A stretch of 64,000 nt of DNA from Octopus vulgaris (Eukaryota). Positions 59,251 to 64,000 of this stretch are shown piece by piece. The stretch's first letter is position 1, and every line of letters starts with the position of its first letter. A model generated the notes under the pieces. That model was given only the letters and a program-made list of their open reading frames with translations. It was not told the DNA's origin and did not search any database. The translations under genes were made by a program, and so were the position numbers. Location: NCBI GenBank assembly GCA_951406725.2, contig OX597817.1, positions 31,868,001 to 31,932,000 on the forward strand, given 5' to 3'.

Positions 59251-59509
59251 AAAAATAAAAAAATAAAAGATATGTTAAAATTGTAACAATATAAACAAAA
59301 CTCATGGAAATTCATCTTGATGCTTCTATTTATATATTAATTTAGCAATAAAGTGCTTACCTTTTTATATTTGAAATATAATATAACGTATATAAAATAT
59401 ACCCACTTATATACAGTCATATGTATATATAAACACACACTGACATATATATTTATACACACACATATACACATATACACAGACACACACACACACAAAC
59501 GCACCCCCC

Positions 59510-59565
<56 letters not shown>

Positions 59566-59807
59566 TCACACACATATAAATATAAACATACAATTACATA
59601 CATACATACAATTCCAGGTTTATACTTGTAATTATTGGGGTATTGGGATATGGAACACACTGCCTAAATATCAGTCTTAAAAAATTAAGCTTCTCAAAAC
59701 CAGAAAGGAGAAATCTGATTAGAAAACTACAGATCCAATCCATAATTAGAACTGTAAAAATCTGTAAGACTTTACAGAAGTTTATGATTTAAGTATATAT
59801 GAGCATG

Positions 59808-60026
59808 TCTAGATAAGCAAGTATATGCATGAGAATACATACATAAAACATACAGATCTGCACGTATACATACTTACATTCATACATACATACAAAAATA
59901 CCATGTTATTGATGTTGAAATTCCAATGATGGTGTCTTGGATCCAGGTTAAAAACCGGTTCTTTCTTCATTTTGACAAAAACTGAATAATGACATACCTA
60001 CATGCATACATACATACATACATACA

Positions 60027-60059
<33 letters not shown>

Positions 60060-60252
60060 CTAGATATGCAACTATATGCATGAGAATATATACATAAAGC
60101 AAAACATACAAATTTGCACATAATCATACAAACAAAAATACCTTGTTGTTGATGTTGAAATTCCAATAAAGGAGCCTTCGGTCTAGGCTAGAAACCGGCT
60201 CTTTCTCTATTGGCAAGAAATCTTGAATTAAAACTGAACAATGACATACCTA
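59808..60252 (+). repeat. Two-unit tandem direct repeat (~193-bp units at 59808-60000 and 60059-60252) separated by (CATA)n
   Basis: Shared TCTAGATA.GCAA.TATATGCATGAGAATA...TTGATGTTGAAATTCCAAT...AAACCGG.TCTTTC...AATGACATACCTA. Confidence 0.85.
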
Positions 60253-61850
60253 ATTTAGGCTTCCCTGTTACAATTGAGTAAATTTAACAAAGTGATAATT
60301 GTTAATGTGTACGAAGGAAAGAACACTTCAATTCGACCTCACTAGTTTATTGAATTCCCAGAATTTCGTCAGAGAATAATGTATCCATCTACTTAGAAAT
60401 TTATTGTTATTTAGTATATATACAAAACACGGACACAGCTCATCTGTTCTGTGCGGCTATGTCCAATTTTGAATACACTATAAATCGGTATAAGCTACAA
60501 ACATCCACCATTAACAGAACACTTGTATTTCTTCTTTAATGAACATCTCAGAGGTAGAAACCAGGTAACTATAAACAATCTACCAGAGTATTCATATTAC
60601 CTTTGATTGGTTGTTTAGGTACTGCAATACAAGACTGGACCGCACTAGATACTGAATTATGGCTATTAAGCCATAATTTAGAATGCACAAAGATTACAGA
60701 TTATAGAGTGCACAAAACAGCTACTCCATGTCCGCCATCCAAAATCTATGCCCGCTATAAGCACGGATTTACAGGTTCTCCACTAGATCGGGGAACATAA
60801 ATGAGAACGATGAAACCATCTTTATAGTAAACTATCAAGTGTGACTGACGAAACATGTATCCTCAATTTGTCAGTCCTGTAAACTGTAATACTTGCTTAA
60901 AATTTAATCCACTGCATGCAAATCTCAGAATTTAAGTCAAGAAGAATGTAACAGGTTGTATAGAGGATACAAGAGACAGTTCGAAATTATCTTTACCGAC
61001 AAAGAAAATGCTGTATTCCCATTATAATGAAACATATTCCAGAATTGAGAGGAAGGGAATTGAAAACATAAGTAATAATTATAAAATACTCGCGTAATGA
61101 TAATAATTTTCGATAGTGTAACGTTCAGCTCACAGATATAAGCTCACTGATTTAGGAAAGAATTACACAGAATTAAAATATTTTAGAATTAAATTATAAG
61201 CAAATCGGGCGGATCCCTTAAATCCCGAATTAAGAGGTCATTATTTTTTAAGAAAATCCTCTGCGCAGATAGTAACTGCAGCGTTGGCAAAGCAAAACCA
61301 CTTGTAAACTATAAAACTAAGGATGCGGCAATAGGCAGAACATTCATAGAGAAGTAGTATAATAACACTACAGCAATCTGTATTTAGACGAAACGGTCCG
61401 TAGCATAAGTGAATGATTCGAAGTTCACTGGGGCGAATATAACGAGGTGAGTACAAGATGCATACGTAAGTACCTACATACACTCGTATATATAAATATA
61501 TGTGCAAGTAAACGTGTATAAAGCAAGATAGAAAGAATGAGGAAGAAAGTAACATATTTTCTTTGTCTTACAAGCGCACATCAAATCTTGTCAAAGTTTA
61601 TTTTAAAGAAATTAAATTATTCCATAAAATAACTAGGACAATTTTTCCACTTCAAAACAGAAAGGAATACAAGATAAACCTACATTGATAGCACTGTTGT
61701 GCATGAGGGAAGATCAAAAGCCTTGCCACTTCGTTCTTGTTTGCGGACGAAACTCATTTTACTTCAAATATGTATGAAGTAAAAAATCCTGGAAGTAAAA
61801 TGTATGACGTAAAATGTCCATAGACGTTACAACGCCTCATTTACGTCCTT

Positions 61851-62263
61851 TATTCTTCTTCTTCTTACAGCATTCACCCGGGGTGGGTTGAGCTGGCTTC
61901 ATTTATCCTCAATGCTGCATCTCTCACAAACGCCGACCAGGCCTGGCGATTTGAGGCTAACGACCGCGTGATCTCCAATCACTCCTTATTCCAGCGGCGA
62001 ACGCCGTAGATATGGGGGCCTAGGTTGGGTTGCAGATCAGCCTTGACCGTCATCAGCCAGGTTTTTCGTTGTCCACCACGACGCTTTCGCCAACCCTGAA
62101 GGGGAGCTGGGGCTTCGTAGATGAATTCTCCTGGTTGACGACGGAGGGTATGACCCCAGCCAACGCAGACGTCTCGTTAGGATGACTTGTCGCAGGGAGA
62201 TGATTCTGCACTGGTGTCGCCCCGAATTGTTGGAGACAAAGTGATGCCATCGGAAAAGATACC
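61851..62263 (-). mobile_element. 3' end of RTE-clade LINE with (AAG)n tail (one frameshift, one stop)
   Basis: Manual translation RWHHFVSN...RRLRWLG/HTLRRQPGEF...GWRKRRGGQRKTWLMTVKADLQPNLGPHIYGVRRWNKE*LEITRSLASNRQAWSAFVRDA...HPG*, then GTAAGAAGAAGAAG. Confidence 0.88.
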
Positions 62264-63058
62264 AATATTAAATGTGTTGCTGAACCAGAAGCTATTACCT
62301 ATAGACTAGGACACCTTGCTGCTTCAATTCTTGGCTGATACAATCTGATTTCATTTATGCCGCAAATGATCTTAAAATGCATGGAAATTGCATTTTCGTT
62401 ATCCTCTTCTCTTAAAGATTAGACATTTTGGACCGTGCAGAAAGGAATTAATATCATGTAATGATCAGCTGTGTAGAATATTAGCGTACTTCGTGTTTCC
62501 AATTCCAAATTAGACATTTTCCGTTCATTTAAACTTGGAAATCTCACTTAATTCTTTCTCTTATGATTTTATACCTGATTAAAAGAGACCAACGCTTTTA
62601 GAACAGATATCGTTATGAGTAACCAGAAACTAACAACTCATATACTGAACCAATATTTTACCTCCCTTTCCATCAGTATCAGATGATAAATTTGAGGAAG
62701 CCTTTCAAATGCATATATATGTATACACGCACACATTCAAAGTTGTACTTGTTTGAGAGGATAGATTAGAACAGAAGTCGTCTAAAAACGCAAAAAACGT
62801 TGGATACATGTTTCATTTATTATTTGGCAAAATTTTCGTCGCACCACTGCGGCTTAGTTTGTGACACAGCTCTCCTCATTTGGACACATAGCGCAAGAAC
62901 ACATACCGCAATATATTCTACTCGACGTTCTAACAATGGTTCTCAACTGGGATCAAAATGGCCTTTGGAGGTCCGTATAAGATTTTGTTGTTAAAATTTA
63001 TGTGCAATAAACTGGTTATATTTCAACAACACACAGCAGATTCCTTTATTCTTTTATT

Positions 63059-63329
63059 CTTTTATTCTTTTATCTGTTTCAGTCATGTGACTGTGACTGT
63101 GCTAGAGCACCACTTTGAAGGGTTTTCACACGAACAAATCGACTCAGAGCTTATTTTTAAAACCTAGAATTTAATATATATATACGTCCCCATAACTTAG
63201 CGATTCGGCAAAAAAGACCGATAGAATAAGTACTAAGCTTACAAAGAATAAGTTCTGGGGGTCGATTTGTTCGACTAAAGACGGTGCTACAGTATGACCG
63301 CAGTCAAATGACTGAAACAAGTAAAAGAG
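63059..63329. mobile_element. Two family-1 SINE 3' ends in opposite orientation (- 63059-63160, + 63186-63329)
   Basis: TGTTTCAGTCATGTGACTG (minus tail) and CAGTCAAATGACTGAAACAAG (plus tail). Confidence 0.75.
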
Positions 63330-63741
63330 TTATAAAATCATCCAGAAATTCCACAGAGAAAATAATGGTTTAGATAGGTATTCTTCTTAAACTCCTGGTA
63401 CTTCTTCGTAGAGAGGCACAGTCAAAGAAATGCAAGAGGAAAAAACACAGAGACAATGATGTGATGAGCTTTACGCAAAATTACCAAAATGTGGTTTAAG
63501 AAGAAACAAAGACGACCAGGCAGAATCGATAGTGCGTCGGGAAAATGTATAGTTACATCTTTTTTTCCGGCACTTTAAGTCTTGTGTTCAAATCCTGCCT
63601 CGGTCAGCGTTACCTGTTTTCTTGTCAGAGTCGAGAAAATAATGTACAAGCCGAGTGCTGAGACTCGAAGATTTCGATTAACCTTCCCCCACATCAAAAT
63701 TTTTAGTCTTGCGTTTAAATCCGAAAACATTATTTAAAACA

Positions 63742-63955
63742 GGCGGAGAGCTGGCGGGATCGTTAGCACGTCGGACAAAACACTTAGCGGCATTTCGTCC
63801 GTCTTTACGTTCTAAATTCAAATTCCTCGATGTACACTTTGCTTTTCATCCATTGAGGGTCGTTAAATAAGTACCAGTTGAGCACTGAGGTCGATGTAAT
63901 CCATTAGCCTTTCTCCACCACAAAATTTCGGGCTTTGCGCTCAAAATAGAAAGGT
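63742..63955 (+). mobile_element. SINE family 2 (a second decayed copy at ~63515-63720)
   Basis: GGCGGAGAGCTGGCGGGATCGTTAGCACG...TTCAAATTCC...TTTTCATCCATTGAGGGTCG...AAGTACCAGTTG. Confidence 0.8.
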
Positions 63956-64000
63956 TTATTATTAGTAGTATTATTGTTGTTGTTGTTGTTGTTGTTGTTG

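Noticed and set aside
61252-61451. Candidate second exon (AG acceptors and a GAG|GTGAGT donor)
   Set aside because: Phase-1 frames hit stop codons before the donor and show no domain similarity.

Overview
AT-rich, microsatellite-saturated eukaryotic DNA. The SINE families and repeat landscape look like an octopus (coleoid cephalopod) genome; this is inference from recalled repeat families, not from a search. I can support only one host coding exon: 4824-5511 (+), a Ser/Gly/Ala-rich N-terminus typical of a developmental transcription factor, ending at a phase-1 GT donor. No downstream exon was recognisable, so the remaining ~58 kb is probably one very large intron. It holds at least five SINE families, 3' fragments of CR1-like and four different RTE-clade LINEs, a Tc1/mariner MITE and very many simple repeats. 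The most notable signal is several unrelated short repeat families, mostly embedded in (TA)n, that carry minimal type-I hammerhead-ribozyme folds of the kind known from Penelope-like retroelement termini. Three families share a CCGANGA (U4 to C) core variant, and two loci are head-to-head palindromes. There are also many long inverted repeats and a ~200-nt highly self-complementary element at 27.6-27.8 kb. Nearly all ORFs in the supplied track are microsatellite translations and were rejected.
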